64,000 bases of DNA, taken from Candidatus Latescibacterota bacterium. GTDB taxonomy: Bacteria > Latescibacterota > UBA2968 > GCA-2709665. Position numbers and translations under genes: made by a program. Below are positions 10,614 to 19,899 of this stretch, in pieces. The DNA lies in contig CAXXXF010000015.1 in NCBI GenBank assembly GCA_963667175.2, positions 832,001 to 896,000 on the forward strand. Direction: 5' to 3'. The notes beneath the pieces were generated by a model. That model was given only the letters and a program-made list of their open reading frames with translations, had not been told where the DNA came from and searched no databases. Numbering within the stretch: position 1 is the first letter of the stretch; every line of letters starts with the position of its first letter.

Positions 10614-12815
10614 ATGCCGCCCGAGGCCGGGGATGGTGAATTGAGCAGACGACGCACGCGAAATTCCAGGCTGGAACGCCCCAACGGACTTCGCCGACCC
10701 ACGACCGTGGCCGCCGTCTTCCTGGGTCTCCACGTCGTTCTGGCATACTGGCGTCCCAATCCCTTCTGGGGCGCCGACCTCCTTGCCTATTATCCCGATT
10801 CTCTGAAGGTCGCCTTCATCCTGCTGGCGATACTCGTTTTCATTCCCTGCGCGCGCGCCCGTTTCCGCGCCCTGGTCGCGGCCCTGTCGTGCGCCGTCTG
10901 GGGCAGCGGCGTCCGCGCCCGGATCGTCCGCATCCTGCTGATTCTCCTGGCGCTGGCCGGATTCATTGCGCTGCAGTCCTCGCGGCACCTCCTCGGCGAC
11001 GGGTACCTGTATCTACGGGAACTGGATGCCGGCGTCACGCAGCGCGTCGACCGTGCGCCGCTTACCTTCGCGCTGATTCGCGTGCTGCATCACGCCGGCG
11101 CCGAGGTATGGCATACCGCCGAGAATACGTACCGGGTCTACAGCTATGCCTCCGGTCTCCTGTACATCCTGCTTGCATTTGCCACGGCCGGCGTTCTCGG
11201 GAAGAACGACCGCGAAAAATCCGTGGGTTTGGCGTTCCTCGTCACCGCCGGATACGTGCAACTCTTCTTCGGTTACGTGGAGAATTACGCTTTCTACATG
11301 CCGGCCGGTCTGCTGTACCTGCTTGCGGGTCTTCGGAGTCTGGAAAACCGGGCGCCTCTGTGGGTACCCGCGCTGGCGCTCGGCCTGCTCATCCCGTTCC
11401 ACTTTCTGTTTGTTCTCTTTGTGCCTTCCCTGCTCATCCTCGCGTATTTCAGGCACAGGCGCCGGGAGACATCAACGCCGCGATGGAAGCGGGTTCCGGC
11501 CAACGTCGCCGCGTTGTGCGCCACCCCGATTGCCGCCGTGCTGGTCTTCTGGCTGGCCGGGTTCGACGCCGGCGCCTTTCTGGAGCGGACCGGCGGCAAA
11601 CACCACGTCCTCCCGCTGTTTTCGGACCCCGGATTCCACGCGCCCTACCGCATCCTTTCCATCTCGCATTTGCTCGACTTCGTCAACCTGCAGATCCTTT
11701 CCGCTCCGGCCGCGTTGATGGCGCTGTGCCTGTTCGGCAGGCAGGAGTTACGTCACCATCCGTTCCTGCTTGCCGCCGCCGCCGTTCCACTCTTCTTTAC
11801 GTTCATTGCCAACCCAGAAATCGGCGCATTCAGAGACTGGGACATTCTCGCGCTCCCCGCCCTGCCGCTCACACTCTGGGCTGCCTCGGCGCTTCTGGAG
11901 AACGGCCGGCGGTCAAAGCGGCGAGCCCGCAACGTCTCCGTGATCTGCGCCGCGGCCGCCCTGCACACCATACTTTGGATCGGGGTGAATGCCAACCCGG
12001 CGGCCGCCGAGGCGCGGTATACGCAACTCATGGGACGGCTCAGCGGACATGCGGGCTCCTACGGATGGGAGACGCTCGGGACGTACCACCGGCTGCAAGG
12101 GAAAACGGTACAAGCGCTCAACGCCTATCGGCGCGCGCTCGACGCGAATCCGCAGAACCCCCGACACTGGATGTCGGTCGGGATCATCTACTGCGACCTC
12201 GGCCGGGCGGAGCGTGGGATCGACCACCTCAGAAAGGCGGTGGAGATCCAGCCCGACCTCGCCGAGGCGCATATCAATCTGGGCGCCGCCTACCTGGGGA
12301 CGGGGCGGCGCGGGGAAGCGACTGAGCACCTCGAGAAAGCCGTTGAACTCCAGCCCGGAAGCGCGCTCGCGCTCGTCAACCTCGGCGCCGCCTACAACGA
12401 AGCGGGAAGGTTCAGCGAGGCTGTCGACCCACTTGGCAAGGCGCTTGAGATACAGCCGGGACACGCGGGCGCACATGTCAATATCGGCGCGTCCTACCAC
12501 GGTCTCGGCCGGTACGAGGAGGCGGTCGAACACCTGAAGGAAGCACTCGAGCTCCAGCCCGCGCTGCGCAGCGCACAGACCTATCTGAACATCGGCGGCA
12601 CCTATCACAGCATGGGGCGGTACGAAGAGGCGATTCCGTACCTTATGAAAGCCATTGAAATCAACCCCCGCCTTACGAACGCCTACTTCAACCTGGGCCT
12701 GGCCTACGGCGCTCTGAATCGCATGGAGGAAGCCAGAGCCAACCTGCGAAGGGTCCTTGAGCTGAATCCGAACGACCCCCAGGCGCCGGTGATCAGACAG
12801 TTGTTGAGGCAATGA
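10614..12815 (+). CDS. Polytopic membrane protein with C-terminal TPR array
   Basis: Multi-TM N-terminal part (FFGYVENY, RDWD) followed by about seven NLGAAY-type TPRs; start uncertain. Confidence 0.8.
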   Translation: MPPEAGDGELSRRRTRNSRLERPNGLRRPTTVAAVFLGLHVVLAYWRPNPFWGADLLAYYPDSLKVAFILLAILVFIPCARARFRALVAALSCAVWGSGVRARIVRILLILLALAGFIALQSSRHLLGDGYLYLRELDAGVTQRVDRAPLTFALIRVLHHAGAEVWHTAENTYRVYSYASGLLYILLAFATAGVLGKNDREKSVGLAFLVTAGYVQLFFGYVENYAFYMPAGLLYLLAGLRSLENRAPLWVPALALGLLIPFHFLFVLFVPSLLILAYFRHRRRETSTPRWKRVPANVAALCATPIAAVLVFWLAGFDAGAFLERTGGKHHVLPLFSDPGFHAPYRILSISHLLDFVNLQILSAPAALMALCLFGRQELRHHPFLLAAAAVPLFFTFIANPEIGAFRDWDILALPALPLTLWAASALLENGRRSKRRARNVSVICAAAALHTILWIGVNANPAAAEARYTQLMGRLSGHAGSYGWETLGTYHRLQGKTVQALNAYRRALDANPQNPRHWMSVGIIYCDLGRAERGIDHLRKAVEIQPDLAEAHINLGAAYLGTGRRGEATEHLEKAVELQPGSALALVNLGAAYNEAGRFSEAVDPLGKALEIQPGHAGAHVNIGASYHGLGRYEEAVEHLKEALELQPALRSAQTYLNIGGTYHSMGRYEEAIPYLMKAIEINPRLTNAYFNLGLAYGALNRMEEARANLRRVLELNPNDPQAPVIRQLLRQ

Positions 12816-12863
12816 GCTAACGTCTCCCCGCCTTTAGTGGTTGCTTTATCACAGGTGACGTAA

Positions 12864-13700
12864 TTGGACCGAATCTACTTCATATCCGACGTCCACATCG
12901 GGTCGCCGGGAATCGGCGGCAGCGCCCGCGAGCGGGAAGACGTCCTGATCGACTTTCTGAAGTCGATCCGCCACAACGCCGGGGCGCTCTATATTGTCGG
13001 CGATCTATTCGACTTCTGGTTCGAATACCGCACAACCATCCCTTCGACCGGCGCCCGCGTCCTGTTCGAACTCTACAACCTGGTGGAGTCCGGCGTTCGC
13101 GTGATCTACCTGCCCGGCAATCACGACCTCTGGCCGGGCGAGTACTTCTCCGAGCAACTCGGCGTTGAACTCCCCGGCGGCCCGATCACGGTCGCCCATC
13201 AGGGACTCAGAATCCACGTCGCCCACGGCGACGAAATCCGGACCGACTGGCGGTTCCGCCTGAGCCGCGGTATCCTGAAAAACCGGCTTTGCATGGGCCT
13301 GTTTCGACTGCTTCACCCGGACCTGGGCGCCACCCTCGCCCGGTACACCTCCCGGCTTTCCGAGTTCCGGATCCGGAGGCGGGGTTCCGGGAACCGGGAG
13401 TTTCTCTACAGGGCCGCCAGAGGGAAAATCGCGCACGGCGTGGATGTCGTGATCCACGGACACTACCACTTTTCGCTTCACGCTCACGTGGGCGGTTCGC
13501 CGGACGATCCGGCCAGACCGAACGCGGGCCCCGGGAAGGGCGCCAATGACCTGGACGAACGCAGCGGCGAACTCGTTGTCCTGGGCGACTGGATTCAAAA
13601 GTACACCTACGCGGTTCTGGAAAACGGGAGCATCAGGCTCGAGAAATGGGAAGAGCACCGTTCGACCGATCCGGCGGTTGCCCCGGAGGAAGCCGGGTAA
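12864..13700 (+). CDS. lpxH: UDP-2,3-diacylglucosamine diphosphatase
   Basis: ISDVHIG, GDLFDFWFEY, GNHD, AHGD, GHYH, LGDW. Confidence 0.85.
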   Translation: MDRIYFISDVHIGSPGIGGSAREREDVLIDFLKSIRHNAGALYIVGDLFDFWFEYRTTIPSTGARVLFELYNLVESGVRVIYLPGNHDLWPGEYFSEQLGVELPGGPITVAHQGLRIHVAHGDEIRTDWRFRLSRGILKNRLCMGLFRLLHPDLGATLARYTSRLSEFRIRRRGSGNREFLYRAARGKIAHGVDVVIHGHYHFSLHAHVGGSPDDPARPNAGPGKGANDLDERSGELVVLGDWIQKYTYAVLENGSIRLEKWEEHRSTDPAVAPEEAG

Positions 13701-13762
13701 CGGAATGGGGGCGCGCCACCGGCCCCGCCCGATGCCGTCACACGACCATCAGAGGGCGTCAC

Positions 13763-15253
13763 ATGATTCTCGCCATCGACCAGGGCACCACGGGCACGAC
13801 CGTGCTCGTTATCAACCGTAGAGGCGACGTCAGGGGCCGCGCCTACACGGAATTCAATCAGATTTACCCGCAGCCCGGCTGGGTATCGCACAACGTGGAG
13901 GAAATCTGGCGTTCCACGCTCGGCGTGATCGCCGAGGCCTTACGAAACGCAGGTGTGCGTACCGCGGACCTGGCCGGCATCGGGATCACCAACCAGCGGG
14001 AAACCACCGTCCTCTGGGACCGATGCACGGGTGAACCCGTCCACGACGCCATTGTGTGGCAGTGCCGGCGTACGACAGACCTGTGTCGCGCGTACCGGGA
14101 ACGAGGGCTCGAGGAAACGGTCAGTGAAAAAACGGGTCTTGTCATCGACCCCTACTTTTCCGCGACCAAAATCGCCTGGCTCCTGGAAAACGTGCCCGGC
14201 CTACGAAGGCGTGCCGAGGCAGGCGACGTCTGCTTCGGCACCATGGACGCCTATCTTCTGTACCGCTTGACCGGCGGCAAGGTACACGCGACGGATCTCA
14301 CCAATGCATCCCGAACCATGTGTTTCAATATCCACACGAAGACATGGGACGCCGACCTGCTGGACGCGTTCGACGTTCCGCGGGCGATCCTCCCGGAGGT
14401 CCACCCTTCCGCCCATGTGTTCGGAATCACCGCGGGCGGGGGCCCGTTGCCGGAAGGCATTCCCATCGCCGGGATCGCGGGAGACCAGCAGGCCGCCCTC
14501 TTCGGTCAGCGCGGCGTTTCCGAGGGTGACGTCAAGAACACCTATGGGACCGGCTGCTTCGCTCTGTTCCATACGGGATCCAACGCGTTCTCGTCGCAGA
14601 ACGGCCTGCTCACCACGCTCGCCTGCGACGCCCGCGGCGGTCCGGCCTTCGCCCTGGAAGGCTCCGTCTTCAGCGCCGGATCGGCCGTTCAGTGGTTGCG
14701 CGACGGCCTGGGCCTGATCGCGGAGTCGTCCGATACGGAAGTCCTTGCCCGATCGGTTCCGGATAACAACGGCGTCTACCTGGTCCCCGCGTTCACGGGC
14801 CTGGGCGCGCCCTACTGGGATCCGGACGCACGCGGAACCATTGTGGGCATCAACCGCGGAACGGACCGGGCCCACCTCGCGCGCGCCGCGCTCGAATCCA
14901 TCGCCTATCAGAGCGCCGCGCTCGTAGACGCCATGGCCGCGGACACGCGCCGCCCGGTTACCGGAATCCGCGTTGACGGCGGCGCATCCGCGAACGACTT
15001 CCTGATGCAGTTCCAGGCGGATATCCTCAATACGCGCGTGATCCGGCCCCGGCATACCGAGACAACCGCCCTGGGGGCCGCCATGCTCGCGGGGCTTACG
15101 ACCGGCTTCTGGACCGGCCCTGAGGCGCTTTCGGAACTGAATCCACCCGAACGTACGTTCGAACCCTCCATGTCCCAAAAAAAGCGCGAAGCCCTGCTGA
15201 ATCGCTGGCGTCACGCCGTTCAGACCGCCCGTAGCCACGGGAATCCGGAATAA
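13763..15253 (+). CDS. glpK: Glycerol kinase
   Basis: AIDQGTT, GITNQRET, IVWQCRRT, DPYFSATK, GDQQAAL, KNTYGTG. Confidence 0.97.
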   Translation: MILAIDQGTTGTTVLVINRRGDVRGRAYTEFNQIYPQPGWVSHNVEEIWRSTLGVIAEALRNAGVRTADLAGIGITNQRETTVLWDRCTGEPVHDAIVWQCRRTTDLCRAYRERGLEETVSEKTGLVIDPYFSATKIAWLLENVPGLRRRAEAGDVCFGTMDAYLLYRLTGGKVHATDLTNASRTMCFNIHTKTWDADLLDAFDVPRAILPEVHPSAHVFGITAGGGPLPEGIPIAGIAGDQQAALFGQRGVSEGDVKNTYGTGCFALFHTGSNAFSSQNGLLTTLACDARGGPAFALEGSVFSAGSAVQWLRDGLGLIAESSDTEVLARSVPDNNGVYLVPAFTGLGAPYWDPDARGTIVGINRGTDRAHLARAALESIAYQSAALVDAMAADTRRPVTGIRVDGGASANDFLMQFQADILNTRVIRPRHTETTALGAAMLAGLTTGFWTGPEALSELNPPERTFEPSMSQKKREALLNRWRHAVQTARSHGNPE

Positions 15254-15473
15254 AAAAAGCGATCGCTAAGAGCGGGGAGACGGAGAAAGGAAGAACGAAG
15301 AACGAAGAAGGAAGAAGGAAAACCTGAAACCAGTGAGACGTGAGAGGGTAGACGGGAGAGGTGGTGGTAACTCTTCCGAATGATACCTCCACACGTGGAC
15401 TCTCGTTACATCAAATGGAAATTACTTTAAAGTTTCCCAATCAACTAGAGGACAGTTGACAATGCATTTCAAA

Positions 15474-16106
15474 TCATCTTCTCCACCTATTCGGACAACG
15501 CAGGATATTGCCATCACGCTTTCTTATCTCCAAGGGCAACCTGCTTTTTCGAAATCTGCTTTCCCTGATCGGAAATGCGCTCGTTGAAACCGCGGATAGT
15601 TCGTTTGAATGCCTGCCGGGTGGGAATGCAACAATGACCCGTTTATTTGGATGGCGCGCAATTACTGCCTTTATTGGGGGAGACAGATCGCTGTCACCGG
15701 ATACCACGATTGCGGTGTCAAACCTGTCATCATGTGCGTCACAGAGCAATTCAACGGCAATGGATACATCAGTCTTCTTCTCTTCGGCGCCGTACCAATT
15801 TGCTCCGCATCGCCTGCAGCTAACAGACTTATCGATATAATGACCATAGTAGAACGTAACGTCTCCAATGGCTTCCAACGCTTCAAGGTAGGTGTTCTGG
15901 CGTTTCCATTTTCCCCAGTTTCCCGGTCTTTGGGATACACGCGACGTAAAATACTTAACCGCTTCCAATTCCTGAGAATCCTTAAGCAGGGATTCTGACA
16001 ATCGCACTAAATCGAGCCAGAGATAGCGATTACTCCACTTTTCTTTTATTCCAAAGTAGAGGTTGAATCCGTCTACGTATGCAATGACCCGATTCTTATT
16101 ACGCAT
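15474..16106 (-). CDS. NYN domain (LabA/DUF88, PIN-like) ribonuclease
   Basis: YVDGFNLY, EEKKTDV, VSGDSDL; lower GC than its neighbours. Confidence 0.92.
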   Translation of the reverse strand: MRNKNRVIAYVDGFNLYFGIKEKWSNRYLWLDLVRLSESLLKDSQELEAVKYFTSRVSQRPGNWGKWKRQNTYLEALEAIGDVTFYYGHYIDKSVSCRRCGANWYGAEEKKTDVSIAVELLCDAHDDRFDTAIVVSGDSDLSPPIKAVIARHPNKRVIVAFPPGRHSNELSAVSTSAFPIRESRFRKSRLPLEIRKRDGNILRCPNRWRR

Positions 16107-16127
16107 CTTCCGTGTCACCGGTTTTTA

Positions 16128-16156
16128 TTGACAATTACTCTAGTGATTGGTATATT
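16128..16156 (+). promoter_or_regulatory. Near-consensus sigma70 promoter, divergent from the NYN gene
   Basis: TTGACA-17 bp-TATATT. Confidence 0.7.
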
Positions 16157-16162
16157 GGTGAC

Positions 16163-16243
16163 GTGCTATAGCATTTGTGCCCCCCGGAGGATAGTATTCT
16201 CCGGCCCGACGCCCACTGTCTCTGACAGGGGCGTTTCTTTTTT
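16163..16243 (+). ncRNA. Putative ~80-nt small RNA with two hairpins and a U-tail, antisense to the NYN leader
   Basis: Follows the 16128 promoter; CCGGAG/CTCCGG and ACGCCC-CTGTC/GACAG-GGGCGT stems, then TTCTTTTTT. Confidence 0.5.
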
Positions 16244-16493
16244 GAATCTGACGGCTTTCGGATTTTTGCTCAATTCGATTTCCCACTTCCGGAGTCCGTC
16301 CAAACGTGGGTATGGCGGCCCTCTGCCTTCCCTCCGCTCCCCCGACAGTCGCCGTCAAATGGAAGGGTGCGGTCCTCTCCCGCCTTTTGGAGAGGGGGCC
16401 GGGGGAGAGGTCTGCGTTGACTTTCGCTTTTGATTCAAGCTGACAGCTGAAAGCTGACCGCTGATTGCTGCTTTTCTCCCCCTCTCCCCGCCT

Positions 16494-18167
16494 CTATTCG
16501 TCCGTCACGCATCCTTCCGATGCAGTCGTGACGGTCTTGATGTATTTGTATAGCGTGCCTTGCGTTGCCTTGTATGGGGGGGGCGTCCAGGCTGCCCGCC
16601 GTCTTGCCAGTTCCTCGTCGTCCAGGTTGACGTTGATCTCGTTGGCTACCGCGTCAATGGTGATCACGTCGCCGTTTTCGATCAGGGCGATGGCGCCGCC
16701 CTCCTGCGCTTCGGGCGTGATATGCCCCACGACGAACCCGTGCGAACCCCCCGAAAAGCGTCCGTCCGTTATCAACGCCACGTCATTGCCCAGGCCCGCG
16801 CCCATGATCACCGACGTGGGCGTGAGCATCTCCGGCATGCCGGGACCGCCTTTGGGCCCCTCATAGCGGATGACGACAACGCATCCCTTCTTGACGTCGT
16901 TTCGCTCCACCGCTCCGAGGAGGTCCTCCTCGCGGTCGAACACCATCGCGGGCCCGGTGAACCGCACGCCCTCCTTGCCCGTAATCTTGGCCACCGCGCC
17001 CTCGGAAGCCAGGTTTCCACGCAAGATCCGCAGATGCCCGGTGGTTTTTATCGGCCGGTCGAGCGAGCGAACCACCTGCTGCCCCTCGTCGAGCCCGGGC
17101 AACTCCGCCAGGTTCTCCGCGATCGTCCTTCCCGTTACCGTCAGACAGTCGCCGTTCAGCAGGCCGTTCTCGAGCAGGACCTTCATTGCGCCGGGCGTTC
17201 CGCCCACGTTGTGCAGATCTTCCATGACGAATTGTCCGCTTGGCTTGAAGTCCGACAACAGAGGCACCCGGTCGCTCACCGCCTGAAAATCGTCGATTGT
17301 CAACGGGACGCCGACGGATTTCGCGATTGCGATCATGTGCAGCACCGCGTTGGTCGATCCGCCAAGGGCCATCACCACGACGATCGCGTTTTCGAATGCC
17401 TCGCGCGTCATGACGTCGCGGGGTTTGATGTCCTTCTCGAGCAGGTTCCGGATGGCCGCGCCGGACTGGAAGCACTCCTCCAGTTTTCCCTTGTCCACGG
17501 CCGGCGTCGAGGAACTGTAGGGCAGCGACATGCCCATCGCTTCGATGGCGGACGCCATCGTGTTCGCGGTGTACATCCCCCCGCACGCGCCGGCGCCCGG
17601 ACAGGCGTGCTGCACGACGCCCTTCCGTCCCTCCTCGTCCAACTCGCCGGCCAGGTACTCGCCGTAGCTCTGAAAGGCGGACACGATGTCCAGCTTCTTG
17701 CGGTCTCGGAAGCCCGGTTTGATCGTGCCTCCGTAGATCATCAACGACGGCCGGTTCAACCGCCCCATCGCCATCACGCAGCCGGGCATATTCTTGTCGC
17801 AGCCCGGGAGGGATATATTGGCGTCGTACCACTGCGCGCCCATCACGGTTTCTATGGAATCCGCAATGAGGTCCCGCGACTGCAGCGAAAAGCTCATGCC
17901 TTCGGTGCCCATCGAGATCCCGTCGCTGACGCCGATGGTGTTGAATCGCATGCCCAGCAGACCCGCCGCGTCCACGCCCTGCTTCACCTTCGCCGCGAGG
18001 TCCAGGAGATGCATATTGCAGGTATTGCCTTCATACCACATGCTGGCGACGCCGACCTGCGCCTTGTCCATATCCGCTTCGGTCATTCCGGTTCCGTACA
18101 ACATCGCCTGGGACGCGCCCTGGGACTTCACCTGCGTAATGCGGGAACTGTACTTGTTCAGCGCCAT
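16494..18167 (-). CDS. ilvD: Dihydroxy-acid dehydratase
   Basis: [43 protein letters not shown]. Confidence 0.97.
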   Translation of the reverse strand: MALNKYSSRITQVKSQGASQAMLYGTGMTEADMDKAQVGVASMWYEGNTCNMHLLDLAAKVKQGVDAAGLLGMRFNTIGVSDGISMGTEGMSFSLQSRDLIADSIETVMGAQWYDANISLPGCDKNMPGCVMAMGRLNRPSLMIYGGTIKPGFRDRKKLDIVSAFQSYGEYLAGELDEEGRKGVVQHACPGAGACGGMYTANTMASAIEAMGMSLPYSSSTPAVDKGKLEECFQSGAAIRNLLEKDIKPRDVMTREAFENAIVVVMALGGSTNAVLHMIAIAKSVGVPLTIDDFQAVSDRVPLLSDFKPSGQFVMEDLHNVGGTPGAMKVLLENGLLNGDCLTVTGRTIAENLAELPGLDEGQQVVRSLDRPIKTTGHLRILRGNLASEGAVAKITGKEGVRFTGPAMVFDREEDLLGAVERNDVKKGCVVVIRYEGPKGGPGMPEMLTPTSVIMGAGLGNDVALITDGRFSGGSHGFVVGHITPEAQEGGAIALIENGDVITIDAVANEINVNLDDEELARRRAAWTPPPYKATQGTLYKYIKTVTTASEGCVTDE

Positions 18168-18353
18168 GGTGTTCCTTTCCCGGTTGTCGCCCTGAAGCCC
18201 TGTTGTTGCCGCGGGTCCGGGTCATTTCCGTTTTGTATCCGTCGAATCGCGATTTAATTTAATCGAATCTGTGAAACCGGTCAACTGTCACAAGGGAGCT
18301 ATCAACTGTCAGCCATCAGCGATCAGCAAGAGGCAAAAGGCGAGACCTACCCC

Positions 18354-19631
18354 ATGACGTCTGAAGACACGACGAAGACCGAACTCGCTCAGGATTCGAG
18401 CGCCGCGCCCGTCTCACAGACGGAACGCATCGACTCGATCGACGTCCTGCGCGGCTTCGCCCTTCTCGGCATCCTCGTGATGAACATTCAGGCGTTTGCC
18501 ATGCCCCAGGCGGCGTATTTCAACCCGACCGTGTACGGCGACCTCACCGGCGCGAACCGCTACGTCTGGATCGCGGGCCGGATGTTCGCCGACCAGAAGT
18601 TCATGACGATCTTCTCCCTGCTCTTCGGCGCGGGCATCGTCCTGATGACGGGCCGGGCCGAGGCGCGCGGCGACGCCCGCCGGGTGCATTACCGCCGCAT
18701 GAGGTGGCTGCTGGTCATCGGGCTTCTCCATGGACACCTTCTCTGGTGGGGCGATATCCTCTTCCATTACGCGGTCTGCGGGATGCTGGTGTACCCGCTG
18801 CGCCGGCAGTCGCCGAGAAGGCTGATCGCCATTGGATTGGCGCTGCTCCTGGCTGCTTCCGCGTTCTGGGGTCTGGTGGGCCTGTCATTTCCGTACTGGC
18901 CGGAGGAGGTACGCGCCGAGATCGAGGAAGAAGCCTGGCGGCCGACGCAGGAGAAGATCGACGCGGAACTCGCCACGTACCGCGGCGGCTGGCTCGATCA
19001 GTTGCCGCACCGTTCGGTGACGGCGATCGAGAACCACGCGTTTTTGCTGATCATTTGGGCTGTATGGCGCGCCGGCGGGTTGATGCTGATCGGGATGGCG
19101 CTTTTCAAGAAAGAGGTGTTCAGCGCGCGGCGCTCGACTGGCTTCTACGCGGCGCTGATCGCCGTGGCGGCCGCGGTCGGCCTTCCGCTACAGGCATACG
19201 GAATCTCACTCAGTTTTGCGGACGGATGGTCGTTCGGTTCGCTATTCGTAGACACGCAACTCGTCTACTGGACGAGCATTTCGGTCGGCCTCGGTTACGT
19301 GGGCGCCGTCATGCTGGCGTGCCGCGCGGCCGCGCTTCGCCGATTCACGCGACCGTTCGCGGCCGTGGGCCAGACCGCTCTGACCAATTATCTGCTGCAA
19401 ACGGTCATCTGTACGACGATCTTCTACGGACACGGCCTCGGCTTGTTCGGCGCCGTGGACCGCGTGGGACAGGCGGGGGTGATGGCCGGCGTCTGCGCGG
19501 TGCAGCTGATCGTTTCGCCGCTGTGGCTGCGGCGGTTTCGCTTCGGTCCCGTCGAGTGGCTCTGGCGGTCGCTCACCTACCGCGCGCGCCAGCCCATGCG
19601 GCGGGTCCCTGTTCCTGAAACCGTGGCGTGA
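18354..19631 (+). CDS. DUF418 (YeiB-like) membrane protein
   Basis: RIDSIDVLRGFALLGIL, KFMTIFSLLFG, GDILFHY, GPVEWLWR. Confidence 0.92.
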   Translation: MTSEDTTKTELAQDSSAAPVSQTERIDSIDVLRGFALLGILVMNIQAFAMPQAAYFNPTVYGDLTGANRYVWIAGRMFADQKFMTIFSLLFGAGIVLMTGRAEARGDARRVHYRRMRWLLVIGLLHGHLLWWGDILFHYAVCGMLVYPLRRQSPRRLIAIGLALLLAASAFWGLVGLSFPYWPEEVRAEIEEEAWRPTQEKIDAELATYRGGWLDQLPHRSVTAIENHAFLLIIWAVWRAGGLMLIGMALFKKEVFSARRSTGFYAALIAVAAAVGLPLQAYGISLSFADGWSFGSLFVDTQLVYWTSISVGLGYVGAVMLACRAAALRRFTRPFAAVGQTALTNYLLQTVICTTIFYGHGLGLFGAVDRVGQAGVMAGVCAVQLIVSPLWLRRFRFGPVEWLWRSLTYRARQPMRRVPVPETVA

Positions 19632-19899
19632 CCGCTGCGGTAACGGGTCGTTTTATCCGTCGACGCCGATGACTGCGATGGCAGGCGCCGCCTTCAACAC
19701 AGCCAACATCTCGCCTTTCCGGGTTTTCAATCCGGTCAGGCGTTTTTTGTTGTCGGAAACCGCGTTTCTCGCGTCACGTCCGCTTCATTCCGGCCCTTCT
19801 TATGGACCGGAAAGGGAACGCTAAACCCGGCGTGTCAGTCTAACAGAACGGCCGCCATGATGTGAATTCATCGGACGCCGGGGGAAGAAGGAGGCGCAT

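Noticed and set aside
16560-18257. Long antisense ORFs (also 25555-27570, 3409-4836, 14201-15238)
   Set aside because: Shadow frames of well-supported genes in GC-rich DNA
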